Positions 1 to 7,714 of a DNA stretch of 64,000 bases are shown one piece after another (position 1 is the stretch's first letter; the number at the start of each line of letters is the position of its first letter). The notes beneath the pieces were generated by a model, which was not told the origin of the DNA, made no database searches, and saw only the letters and a list, made by a program, of their open reading frames with translations. The position numbers were made by a program, and so were the translations under genes. This DNA comes from a candidate division WOR-3 bacterium (lineage in GTDB: Bacteria; Hydrothermota; Hydrothermia; Hydrothermales; JAJRUZ01), in NCBI GenBank assembly GCA_039804025.1, contig JBDRZP010000002.1:4704-68703 (forward strand), given 5' to 3'.

Positions 1-838
1 TTTTTAATTCCTCTAAAATCTTTATATCATCATTTTCTTCTATCTCAAATTCAACAATTTTAGAACTGACCACTTCAATTTTTTCCTCTCTTTTAAAAAG
101 TGGGAAAATATTTTTATAATCCCTTTCAAGTTTTTTAAAATTGGAAATTCCCAAAATATAAAATGTTCCAGCTTCGTAAGCAGCACATGATAATATTCTG
201 TGAAAATTATCATCCTTTAAAGGCTCATATTCAAAGATTACAGGAATTTGCACCGTAACTGTTTTTGAAATTCCCTCACCGAATTTTTTAACCTTTCTCC
301 CTATCTGGGTTTCTGTGGAGATATATTCTCTTCCCTCTTTGCCATCCCTTGTCGGTCTAACAATTTCTGACATATCAAGCCATATTGAATCAAAACCTTT
401 TCCAACAAAGGGACCTTTATAACCCATGCCACTTACCTTTTCCATACCTGTTTCACTTTCAAATAAAATTGTATCAATATCCTCCATTGAGAGGTTGAAT
501 TTTTCAAGAACCTTATAATGGGGGTTTATAATCACATCTTTTATAACCTTCGGGTATTCAATTTTACATTCAAAGCATCTTACACACTTTTCTTTTATAG
601 GTTTGAAACCTCCGAACCTTCCTGAAAAAACTCCATACTTACAGGGTCTTGAAAATGTAAGTTTAATATAATCCTTTAATTTTCTTTTCTTTAAACCCTC
701 TTTTAAATTATGGAAGAATTCACTTGTAATCATTTTAAAAAGTTCAAACTTATTCACGATTGGTTCATACTTATGCGGGATTTTAAAAAGTGGGGGCATT
801 TTTTTTATCTTTATATGATACCTTTCATACCTTTCCAT
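1..838 (-). CDS. Partial CDS: N-terminal 279 aa of a Cys-rich hypothetical protein; the gene continues past the window start
   Basis: ATG at 838-836 on the minus strand gives MERYERYHIKIKK... The frame stays open to position 1. A Cys cluster PCKYG...CVRCFEC (C-x17-C-x2-C-x2-C) suggests a 4Fe-4S ferredoxin-like site. No confident family assignment. Confidence 0.35.
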   Translation of the reverse strand, partial: MERYERYHIKIKKMPPLFKIPHKYEPIVNKFELFKMITSEFFHNLKEGLKKRKLKDYIKLTFSRPCKYGVFSGRFGGFKPIKEKCVRCFECKIEYPKVIKDVIINPHYKVLEKFNLSMEDIDTILFESETGMEKVSGMGYKGPFVGKGFDSIWLDMSEIVRPTRDGKEGREYISTETQIGRKVKKFGEGISKTVTVQIPVIFEYEPLKDDNFHRILSCAAYEAGTFYILGISNFKKLERDYKNIFPLFKREEKIEVVSSKIVEFEIEENDDIKILEELK

Positions 839-905
839 AACTTTTTAATATAAATCCTTAAAAAAATATTTTTCAAATAAGTTTAAATTTTTAAAAGTTT
901 TAAAC

Positions 906-2120
906 TTAAATTAATTTTTTATAAAAATTGGGTAATAGATGGACTTTTATTTTTTCCCCTTTTTTAATTAGAGTTTTACTTTTCGGGGCAAAAATCAAAC
1001 AATCCCCCCTTACAAGGGATGAAAGCATATGTGATTCCTGATACTTAAGTGGTAAAACCCCATCCTTATAAATCTTCCCCTTCAAAAAATATGCCCTATC
1101 ATTCTTCTTTTTTATATCCTTTAATAAAATTAACCTTTTTTCAGGGAGAAAAATATCCTTAAAACCCGACATTTTCCTCACAGCAGGATAAATATATTCA
1201 TAAAAACAAAATAAAACTGCAAAAGGATTACCCGGTAATCCAAAAATCAAACTTTTACCTTTTTTCCCAAAAAATAAAGGCTTCCCGGGCTTCTGAGCCA
1301 CCTTATAAAAAACCTTCTCCACACCTTCCCTGATAAACAACTCCCTGACAATGTCATAATCACCAACTGAAATACCACCTGAAAAAATTATAAGATCATA
1401 GGATAAAAGTCCTTCATAAAAATTATTTCTTATCTCCTCAAAATCATCACCTACATACCTTATCTCAATGTCTGAAATATTTAATGACCTTAAGGATGAA
1501 TAAAGGGAAAAAGAATTTGCATCATAGATTTTTCCTGGCACAAGTTTTTCACCTGGTTTTATCACCTCATTACCTGTAACTACTATAAAAACCTTGGGTC
1601 TTCTTATAACTCTTACTTTTTCTATACCAAGCATAGAAAGTAAGCCGATAGAATTAGGATTTAAAACCTCCCCCTTTTTAAGAACCAGTTTCCCCTTTTT
1701 TATTTCCTCACCCTTATACCTTATATTTTCTCCCTTTTTAAGATCTTTTTTTACAATTATATAATCACCTTCCTTCTCAACAAATTCCTGCATCACAACT
1801 GAAGTAGTATTTTCAGGAAGCGGAGAACCTGTAAAAACACGAAATGCTTCTCCTTCTTTAAGTTTTATAACCTTATAATCACCTGCCTTTATCTCTCCAA
1901 TTACCTTGAATTTATCACCTTTTTTAAACTTTTCAAAACACAAAGCATATCCATCCATTGCTGAATTTGTAAAAACCGGTAAATCAATAGGAGAGTATAT
2001 ATCACGAGATAAAACATAAAAAATAGATTCTTTAAGGGGCACTTCTATTTCTTCCAGAGTATAAAGGGAATTTAAAAGAAGTTTTCTTGCTTTAAAGAAA
2101 CTTATAAGATGCTGTCCCAT
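906..2120 (-). CDS. moeA: Molybdopterin molybdotransferase MoeA
   Basis: 404 aa. The N-terminus LISFFKARKLLLNS...DLPVFTNSAMDGYAL is the canonical MoeA signature. It lies at the end of the Moco operon. Confidence 0.85.
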   Translation of the reverse strand: MGQHLISFFKARKLLLNSLYTLEEIEVPLKESIFYVLSRDIYSPIDLPVFTNSAMDGYALCFEKFKKGDKFKVIGEIKAGDYKVIKLKEGEAFRVFTGSPLPENTTSVVMQEFVEKEGDYIIVKKDLKKGENIRYKGEEIKKGKLVLKKGEVLNPNSIGLLSMLGIEKVRVIRRPKVFIVVTGNEVIKPGEKLVPGKIYDANSFSLYSSLRSLNISDIEIRYVGDDFEEIRNNFYEGLLSYDLIIFSGGISVGDYDIVRELFIREGVEKVFYKVAQKPGKPLFFGKKGKSLIFGLPGNPFAVLFCFYEYIYPAVRKMSGFKDIFLPEKRLILLKDIKKKNDRAYFLKGKIYKDGVLPLKYQESHMLSSLVRGDCLIFAPKSKTLIKKGEKIKVHLLPNFYKKLI

Positions 2121-2845
2121 AGTATTTTTACTCCAAAAGATAAAATTATAAGGTTTAAAATTTTCTTAACATAAATTGGCTTTAATTTATAAGAACCTAC
2201 AAAAGAACCTATAATAGAACCCAAGAAAACAGAAAATGTTATAGGTAAAATTAAATTAAAATTTACATTACCCCTTATAAAATGGATAATAAAACCAAAA
2301 AGAGAATTAATCATAACAAAAAAGGAAAGTATACCGGGTATTTCCTTTTCACCTATACCTGAAAAAATTAAAACAGAAGATACAAGAATCCCTCCGCCTA
2401 TTCCTAAAAGACCCGCTATTATTCCGGCAATAAAACCAAAAAGGGGAACAAAAGAAATTTTTATTCTAATTTTAAGTTTCTTTATGAAATTTTCAAGAAT
2501 TGAAATTATTGATAATAAAATTAAAACTAAACCAAGAACTATCATAAATAATTTTCTCTCAATTACAATTTTTGCTCCAATATAAACACCTGTAAGGGAA
2601 AGTAAGTAAAGTAAAGTTAAAAATTTAAAGCGGTTTTTAAAATCAATATGAATTCTGTAATTTAAAAAAGCTATAAGAGAAGCAAGCACATTTAAAAAAA
2701 GGGAGGTGGAAGGTATGAACTTATGAGAAACTCCACAGAAACTCATAAGGGCCACATAGGCACTTCCACCACCAAGCCCTACTGAGGAATATATCAGAGC
2801 AAAAAGGAAAAAAAGAAAATAAATAAAGGGATTAAAAAAAATCAT
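2102..2845 (-). CDS. TauE/SafE (DUF81) family membrane permease embedded in the Moco operon
   Basis: 247-aa polytopic membrane protein with two Gly-rich motifs (VGLGGGSAY and LLGIGGGIL) typical of TauE/SafE anion exporters. Confidence 0.65.
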   Translation of the reverse strand: MIFFNPFIYFLFFLFALIYSSVGLGGGSAYVALMSFCGVSHKFIPSTSLFLNVLASLIAFLNYRIHIDFKNRFKFLTLLYLLSLTGVYIGAKIVIERKLFMIVLGLVLILLSIISILENFIKKLKIRIKISFVPLFGFIAGIIAGLLGIGGGILVSSVLIFSGIGEKEIPGILSFFVMINSLFGFIIHFIRGNVNFNLILPITFSVFLGSIIGSFVGSYKLKPIYVKKILNLIILSFGVKILWDSIL

Positions 2846-3753
2846 TCCTTATGCCCTTTACCTTCCATCATTTTATAAATATGAAAAACATAAGGGAAAA
2901 TTGCCCTCATTGATTCATAAGAACCCTTTGATGAACCTGGCAAAGTAATAATCAAAGTCTTACCACTAACCCCTGCTATACCCCTTGAAAGCATTGAATA
3001 AGGAGTCCTTTCATAACCATAAACCCTTGAAGCCTCCATTATAGCAGAAATTTCCTTTTCTATTAAAGGTTTTACAGCCTCAGGGGTTATATCTCTTGGT
3101 GAAAGTCCTGTTCCACCTGTTGTTATAACAAGATTATATTTATTTTCAATCCAGTTTTTAACCTCTTTTTCTATCATATCCCTTTCATCCGGAACAATTT
3201 TATAATCAATATTCTTTAAACCACATTCCTCAAGAATCTTTACAATAATTTTTCCTGATTTATCCTGTTTCTTTCCAGCATAAACTGAATCCGATACAAC
3301 AAGCACACCTGCTTTAAAATCGGGAGGAACTTCCTCTATAAAATCAGATTTTCCACCCTTTTTCTCAATCACTTTTATCTCTTTAATTTCAATATTTCTA
3401 TCATAAGGCTTTAGCATATCGTAAATATTAAGAGCAGCACAGCTAACAGAAAAAAGGGCTTCCATTTCACAGCCTGTCCTTGCAATTGTTTTAACAGTAA
3501 CCTCAATTGTTATTCTTTTATCATCAATTTTATGGTCAAAGGAAATCCATTCAATAGGAATGTTATGACAGAAAGGTAAAATAAAAGGAGTCTTTTTAAC
3601 AGATTGACAGGCAACAGCTTTGGAAACCTCAAAAATATCACCTTTTTCAATTTCTTTATTTTCAATCCTTTTAATTATATTTTCAGAAACTTCTATCACT
3701 GCCCTTGCTTTTGCAATTCTCAAAGTTTTGATTTTATCACTTATATCAAACAT
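2842..3753 (-). CDS. moaC: Bifunctional MoaC (cyclic pyranopterin monophosphate synthase) / MogA-MoaB (molybdopterin adenylyltransferase) fusion
   Basis: The N-terminal half (...TGCEMEALFSVSCAALNIYDM...) matches MoaC. The C-terminal half (GVLVVSDSVYAG...VITTGGTGLSPRDITPEA...) matches MogA/MoaB. Confidence 0.8.
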   Translation of the reverse strand: MFDISDKIKTLRIAKARAVIEVSENIIKRIENKEIEKGDIFEVSKAVACQSVKKTPFILPFCHNIPIEWISFDHKIDDKRITIEVTVKTIARTGCEMEALFSVSCAALNIYDMLKPYDRNIEIKEIKVIEKKGGKSDFIEEVPPDFKAGVLVVSDSVYAGKKQDKSGKIIVKILEECGLKNIDYKIVPDERDMIEKEVKNWIENKYNLVITTGGTGLSPRDITPEAVKPLIEKEISAIMEASRVYGYERTPYSMLSRGIAGVSGKTLIITLPGSSKGSYESMRAIFPYVFHIYKMMEGKGHKE

Positions 3754-4177
3754 ATTTTTCCTCCTTCCATCTTTCTTTATTGTTACTTAAAATCTCTTTT
3801 TTCCATATTGGAACTTTATTTTTTATTTCATCAATAACAAACTGAATTGCTGAAAATCCTTCTTTCCTGTGTGAAGAAAAAACTATTACCAAAAAGGCAA
3901 TCTCACCCAATTTTACCCTTCCCAATCTATGTTTTACAATTATTTTCTTCACCTTAAATTTTTCTTTTGCGGATTTTATAATCTCATCTATTTCTTTTTC
4001 TGACATTTTTTTATAAGATTCATAATAAATCTCCTTAACAAAATTTTTTCCATCAACTAAATCCTTCCTCACTTTACCGGTAAAGATTATAAGGGAACCT
4101 ATGCTTTTATCACTATTTTTTTTAACAATTTCATTAATTAATTTTACAGTTATTTTTTTACGAGTTAAATATTTCAT
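3746..4177 (-). CDS. moaE: Molybdopterin synthase catalytic subunit MoaE
   Basis: 143 aa with MoaE-like motifs (GSLIIFTGKVR, HRLGRVKLGEIAFLVIVFSSHRKE). The start overlaps the moaD stop. Confidence 0.75.
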   Translation of the reverse strand: MKYLTRKKITVKLINEIVKKNSDKSIGSLIIFTGKVRKDLVDGKNFVKEIYYESYKKMSEKEIDEIIKSAKEKFKVKKIIVKHRLGRVKLGEIAFLVIVFSSHRKEGFSAIQFVIDEIKNKVPIWKKEILSNNKERWKEEKYV

Positions 4178-4401
4178 CCTCCTGAAAGAGGTGGTAAAAA
4201 TGCAATTTCATCTTCTTCTCTTAAATCAATATCTTCATTACATATTTTTTGGTTAACAGCAATAAAAAAAATCTCCCTTTCAATTTCTGGAAATTTTTTA
4301 TAAATAAAACTTTTCAATTCAGATAGGTCTTTTATTCCTTTTATCTCCATTTTACTTTTCTTTGTTATTTCCCTTAACTTTCCAAAAAATAAAACCTTCA
4401 T
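4174..4401 (-). CDS. moaD: Molybdopterin synthase sulfur-carrier subunit MoaD
   Basis: 75-aa ubiquitin-like protein ending in the diagnostic C-terminal Gly-Gly (...LPPLSGG), between moaA and moaE. Confidence 0.75.
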   Translation of the reverse strand: MKVLFFGKLREITKKSKMEIKGIKDLSELKSFIYKKFPEIEREIFFIAVNQKICNEDIDLREEDEIAFLPPLSGG

Positions 4402-4402
4402 T

Positions 4403-5401
4403 TTAACCTCCGATTTTCCTCATAACAAAAAAACTTTCTATATTTTCACCATTATCAAAAAAACTTTTCTTTAATGCTATAAAACCTTCTGGTTTTAATT
4501 TTACAATTTTTAAAATAAAATCATAAAGTTCCTTTTCCCTTACCTCTGGTCTTAAGAATTCTTTTAAATTGTAACCTCTTTTATCAAATAAACACAAAAC
4601 CATATTACCATCGGAAGTTATTCTGAGTCTTGAACAGGAATTACAGAATGTATCTGTTATTGTGGATATAAATCCTACTTTTGTCACAAATTTTTTATCA
4701 TTATTTAAATTATAATTTTCTGCAATTTTTTCTTTTTCATAATAAATAATATCATATTTTGCCTTTATTTTTTCTATAATTTCTTTTTTTGAGATAAAAA
4801 ATTTTTTCCAGTTTGCATTTCCTGAAAGTGGCATATACTCTATAAATCTTATCGGAATTCCTTTTTCCCCTGAAAATTCAATCAAATCAAAAATTTCCTC
4901 ATCATTTATTCCCTTTAACATTACAGTATTTATTTTTAAAGGAATTTTTAATTTATTACATAAATCAAGACCTTCAATTATTTCATCAAGAAAATCAAAT
5001 CCTGTTATTTTCTTAAATTTTTCCTTTTTTAAAGTATCAAGACTTAAATTAACCTTTATATCAAAATCCTTTAAAAATATAGCTTTTTCTTTAAGAAGAA
5101 TTCCATTAGTTGTTATATTAAGGTCAATTTCAGGAATATTCTTTTTAATTTTAATAACTAAATCTTCAAAACCTTTCCTTAAAAGCGGCTCCCCCCCTGT
5201 AAACCTTACCTTTTTTATTGAAAAATTCTTATAAAAAAATTCTACAAGAAATTCTATCTCTTCAAGGGAAAGAATTTCCTCCTTTTTAAAAAGTTTAACT
5301 CCTTCCTCTGGCATACAATAAAAACATCTCAAATTACACCTGTCTGTTAAAGAAATCCTTAAGTAATCAAATTCTCTTCCAAAACTATCTTTAAGAATCA
5401 T
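4403..5401 (-). CDS. moaA: GTP 3',8-cyclase MoaA (radical SAM)
   Basis: CNLRCFYCMP radical-SAM CxxxCxxC motif at the N-terminus, a C-terminal Cys cluster, and 332 aa in a Moco context. Confidence 0.9.
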   Translation of the reverse strand: MILKDSFGREFDYLRISLTDRCNLRCFYCMPEEGVKLFKKEEILSLEEIEFLVEFFYKNFSIKKVRFTGGEPLLRKGFEDLVIKIKKNIPEIDLNITTNGILLKEKAIFLKDFDIKVNLSLDTLKKEKFKKITGFDFLDEIIEGLDLCNKLKIPLKINTVMLKGINDEEIFDLIEFSGEKGIPIRFIEYMPLSGNANWKKFFISKKEIIEKIKAKYDIIYYEKEKIAENYNLNNDKKFVTKVGFISTITDTFCNSCSRLRITSDGNMVLCLFDKRGYNLKEFLRPEVREKELYDFILKIVKLKPEGFIALKKSFFDNGENIESFFVMRKIGG

Positions 5402-6005
5402 TTAAGTCATCCCTTTTATTTATGTTTTTTAGATAAAAATTATAATCTCCAAAAATCTTGAGTTCTTCCTCCTTTATAAAATAAATTTTATTTTCATCCT
5501 TTAATTTTATCCTTTCTATAAATCCCTTTATGGAATTGCCTTTTTTTAAATAATTTTCAATTTCCCTTTTAAAAATAGAGCTTAAAAAAATAGGTAAAGG
5601 TTTATCCTCTGAAATTAAAACAATTTTTTCAAAATTAAACTTTTCACAAAGATTCAATAAAAATTTTATAAATTCCATGGGAATAAAGGGCATATCCACA
5701 GGAAAAAACAAGACATTCTTACAATCTGTTTTATTAAAAAAATTATATATTGCATAAAGGGGACCCATATATTTAATTTTATCCTCTATTAATTTTAAAT
5801 TCAAATTATTAATTAGAATCCCTAACTTTTTTTCTATGATTTTCTTATCATCACAGAGAATAAAAATTTCATCAAAAAAATTTTTCAACTTTAAAATAAT
5901 TATCTCTATCATATATCTTTTATCAATCTTAAAAAATCTTTTGTCACTTTCAAATCTTTCTGATCTTCCACCAGCAAGTATTGCAACCTTTATACTTTTA
6001 TCCAT
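5391..6005 (-). CDS. mobA: Molybdenum cofactor guanylyltransferase MobA
   Basis: The N-terminus VAILAGGRSERFESDKRF matches the MobA nucleotide-binding motif. MobA is required for bis-MGD enzymes such as the adjacent oxidoreductase. Confidence 0.75.
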   Translation of the reverse strand: MDKSIKVAILAGGRSERFESDKRFFKIDKRYMIEIIILKLKNFFDEIFILCDDKKIIEKKLGILINNLNLKLIEDKIKYMGPLYAIYNFFNKTDCKNVLFFPVDMPFIPMEFIKFLLNLCEKFNFEKIVLISEDKPLPIFLSSIFKREIENYLKKGNSIKGFIERIKLKDENKIYFIKEEELKIFGDYNFYLKNINKRDDLNDS

Positions 6006-6666
6006 CCTTTAAATTAATTAAAAGTTCGTCAATTCTTTCTTTTGTTTCCGAAAGCAAAAATTTTGTCAAAAGGGAGATACCCTTATAAAAGTAAGTTTCT
6101 GCTCTTTTAAACATTTCTTCACAGAAATAAAAAACCCAGGTTAAAATATGCTTTTCTAAAAATTCCTTCTGAAGCTTAAGAAACCTTTTTGCATCATTTA
6201 AAGAAGAACTTTCCCAGGCATTTCTTTCATAAAAGGCAAGAAGTGAGAAAAATTTAAGTTCTATTCCAATATAATCAGGAAGTTCATCTTCTATTGAAAT
6301 ATTTATTCCTGAATTTAAATAAAAATTCAATACTTCTCTTGTAAAATTTCCCATAAGAGTATTTTCTCCCCTCCAGACTGATTCATAGGGAGGTGGTAAA
6401 GAGTAACCCTTTTTTATACCGCGCAAGAGTTTAGTAAAATCCACACATAACTCATCCAGAATTTTCTCATCACTTAATTTTTCTGTATGTTCATAAAATT
6501 TTTCAAAATATAAAGATATTTTTTTTAAATAACTACTGAATTCCTCTCTCTTAATCTTTCTCAAAAATTCAGGGTCAGGTCTTTTTAAATAAAAATGGGA
6601 AAGAAGTAAAAATGATTTACTTCTTAATTCCGCCTCCTTCTTCAACTCCTTTTCATCAATCATCAA
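5998..6666 (-). CDS. TorD/DmsD/NarJ-family redox-enzyme maturation chaperone
   Basis: 222 aa. The motifs PYESVW and ELPDYIGIELKFFSLL match the TorD-family (Nitrate_red_del) consensus. It sits between the Mo enzyme and mobA. Confidence 0.7.
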   Translation of the reverse strand: MMIDEKELKKEAELRSKSFLLLSHFYLKRPDPEFLRKIKREEFSSYLKKISLYFEKFYEHTEKLSDEKILDELCVDFTKLLRGIKKGYSLPPPYESVWRGENTLMGNFTREVLNFYLNSGINISIEDELPDYIGIELKFFSLLAFYERNAWESSSLNDAKRFLKLQKEFLEKHILTWVFYFCEEMFKRAETYFYKGISLLTKFLLSETKERIDELLINLKDG

Positions 6667-6675
6667 TCAGAATAA

Positions 6676-7032
6676 CTATTTATATAGCTTTGTTATGGCA
6701 GGTCCCTTTTCTGAATGACATCCAATACACAGTTCCCTCATTACAACACCTGGTGCTCCCCTTTCAGGAACTTTATATTTTCTCTGATAAAGGTAATTTT
6801 CAGGGTATTTTTCCTTATGACAGTAAGAACATTCAATTTTTAAAATCTCAGAATGAATGTTATGCCACCTTTCGCCAGGCTCCATTCCCGTTTCTTTTCC
6901 AGCATCAATTTTGCCTTCCTTTATTTCCCTTGCAATTTTTTCTATCTCCTTTTTGTTAAAGGACTTAAATTTCTCCTTTGAACCTGAGATAAGGATAAAA
7001 CCTATAAGGAGAAAAAATATAACTTTTTTCAC
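6676..7032 (-). CDS. Small periplasmic dihaem cytochrome c
   Basis: 118 aa with a signal peptide (MKKVIFFLLIGFILISGS) and two CxxCH haem-binding motifs (CSYCH and CIGCH) about 34 residues apart. Confidence 0.7.
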   Translation of the reverse strand: MKKVIFFLLIGFILISGSKEKFKSFNKKEIEKIAREIKEGKIDAGKETGMEPGERWHNIHSEILKIECSYCHKEKYPENYLYQRKYKVPERGAPGVVMRELCIGCHSEKGPAITKLYK

Positions 7033-7044
7033 TTTTCACCTCCT

Positions 7045-7701
7045 TTAAAATAGGTAATAAACCTTTGGATTTGTTCCAAATTCCTCCTTTAATTTTTTAC
7101 CATTCCTCTTTTTTATAAGTTTAGAAACTTCACTTTCAGGATCATCAAGGTCACCAAAATATCTTGCTTCTACAGGACAGACTGGAACACAGGCAGGAGT
7201 TGAGTCATAATCACTACCTGGTTTTTTACCTTCTTTAAGTGCCTTTTCTATTCTGTGCCAGCACAAGGTGCATTTTTCTGCGATCCCTGGTTTTTTTCTG
7301 TGAAGGGGATGTCTTGCTTTTTTATCCAAATTCTCATAAGGAGTTTTGTAATTAGGATAATAACTTTCCTCTTTATTTATGTAATGAATAACACCATAAG
7401 GACAGGCTGCAATACAATACCTTTTACCTTTACATTTATCGTAATCAATTAGGACTATTCCATATTCATTTTTTTTGATTGCCTTTTCGGGACAGGCTTT
7501 CATACATGGTGGATTATCACAATGCATACAGTTCATAGGTATAAAAATTCTTCTAACATTAGGATATGTTCCTTCTTCATATTCAATAACAAAATTCCAG
7601 TAATTTCCTTTTTGAACCATATTTTCTATTTTGCAGGCTGCAACACAACTCCTACATCCACAACATTTTTTTAAATCTATAACAAGCCCATACCTTGCCA
7701 T
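7045..7701 (-). CDS. Four-cluster [4Fe-4S] electron-transfer subunit of a molybdopterin oxidoreductase (PsrB/DmsB/NrfC-like)
   Basis: Four Cys clusters: CCGCRSCVAAC, CMHCDNPPCMKAC, CKGKRYCIAACP, CTLCWHR...CVPVCP. 218 aa, immediately downstream of the catalytic subunit. Confidence 0.85.
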   Translation of the reverse strand: MARYGLVIDLKKCCGCRSCVAACKIENMVQKGNYWNFVIEYEEGTYPNVRRIFIPMNCMHCDNPPCMKACPEKAIKKNEYGIVLIDYDKCKGKRYCIAACPYGVIHYINKEESYYPNYKTPYENLDKKARHPLHRKKPGIAEKCTLCWHRIEKALKEGKKPGSDYDSTPACVPVCPVEARYFGDLDDPESEVSKLIKKRNGKKLKEEFGTNPKVYYLF

Positions 7702-7714
7702 TTTTTAACCTCCT

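Noticed and set aside
3604-3837. Plus-strand 77-aa ORF antisense to moaC-mogA/moaE. The same applies to the other short antisense ORFs in the track: 6612-6959, 6857-7048, 7255-7452, 8818-9060, 13448-13657, 16945-17382, 18419-18622, 19312-19611, 24665-24856, 25888-26109, 29488-29874, 33149-33367, 33312-33503, 35932-36207, 38054-38287, 49901-50137, 50293-50514, 50367-50558, 51807-52010, 52676-52915, 53168-53419, 55978-56160, 57033-57290, 57836-58102, 58512-58703, 58842-59069, 59121-59435, 59244-59489, 59811-60056 and 61610-61924.
   Set aside because: All lie entirely inside long, motif-supported genes on the opposite strand. They have low-complexity translations (F/L/I/S-rich, as expected from reverse-complemented K/E/I-rich codons) and no RBS. 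They are shadow ORFs.
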